Of a stretch of 64,000 nucleotides of DNA, positions 63,605 to 64,000 are shown in pieces. The translations under genes and the position numbers were made by a program. The notes under the pieces were generated by a model that saw nothing but the letters and a program-made list of their open reading frames with translations, ran no database searches and was not told where the DNA came from. Numbering within the stretch: position 1 is the first letter of the stretch; every line of letters begins with the position of its first letter. This stretch comes from Lingula anatina (Eukaryota; Animalia; Brachiopoda): positions 29,040,503 through 29,104,502 of the forward strand of contig CM120640.1 of NCBI GenBank assembly GCA_051362555.1, written 5' to 3'.

Positions 63605-64000
63605 CTGAAACATACAGCCAATGATCATCATTAACCATAACATCAAATGATACATTACAAACTGCTCTGACATTTAATCACTTTATACAATGATAAATCA
63701 TCTAGATTTAAAGAAGTATTAAAAGTAACGAAATCTCAATAAAGTTTCAGGCAGCTCAAGTGTAACATCTAGGGCAAATTCAGAGAGGGTAAACAAAATC
63801 TGGTTGACCTCCCCTTTCACCTGGTATTTGAAAATACAGATTTATGTATTTTTAGATAAAAAAATCATTCTTTTCATTTGAGTTTATTTTTAGGTTTGAT
63901 AGTATATATTTTTGTAAACACCAAATGCAGCCAATTTGATTAATTCAATGATTCAGTGACAATCATTCAATTCAGGTTCCTTTATTTGTGCTACATATAC

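Overview
AT-rich, intron-rich animal genomic DNA, most likely from a marine invertebrate such as a mollusc (inferred from repeat families and gene style). The left 4 kb holds two small + strand innate-immunity-type genes: an apolipoprotein-L-like gene (550-1359) and a 3-exon secreted C-type lectin (2494-3691). The rest is the 3' part of a large multi-exon RNF213 (mysterin) gene on the - strand (6556 to beyond 63604; its 5' end lies outside the window), with AAA+ Walker motifs, a RING and an RZ finger. One RNF213 intron (26215-~40725, about 14.5 kb) holds nested mobile elements. A full-length DIRS1-type tyrosine-recombinase retrotransposon (26345-39308) is split inside its recombinase gene by an apparently intact 8.3-kb Academ DNA transposon (27252-35576; 3-bp TTG duplication, about 885-bp TIRs, spliced 1584-aa transposase-XPG nuclease gene). 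A 1.3-kb TA-flanked MITE lies next to them. Other introns carry MITEs, a deleted Tc1 element and a Helentron-like element with a 146-bp satellite. Exon models were assembled by eye and no database searches were run.
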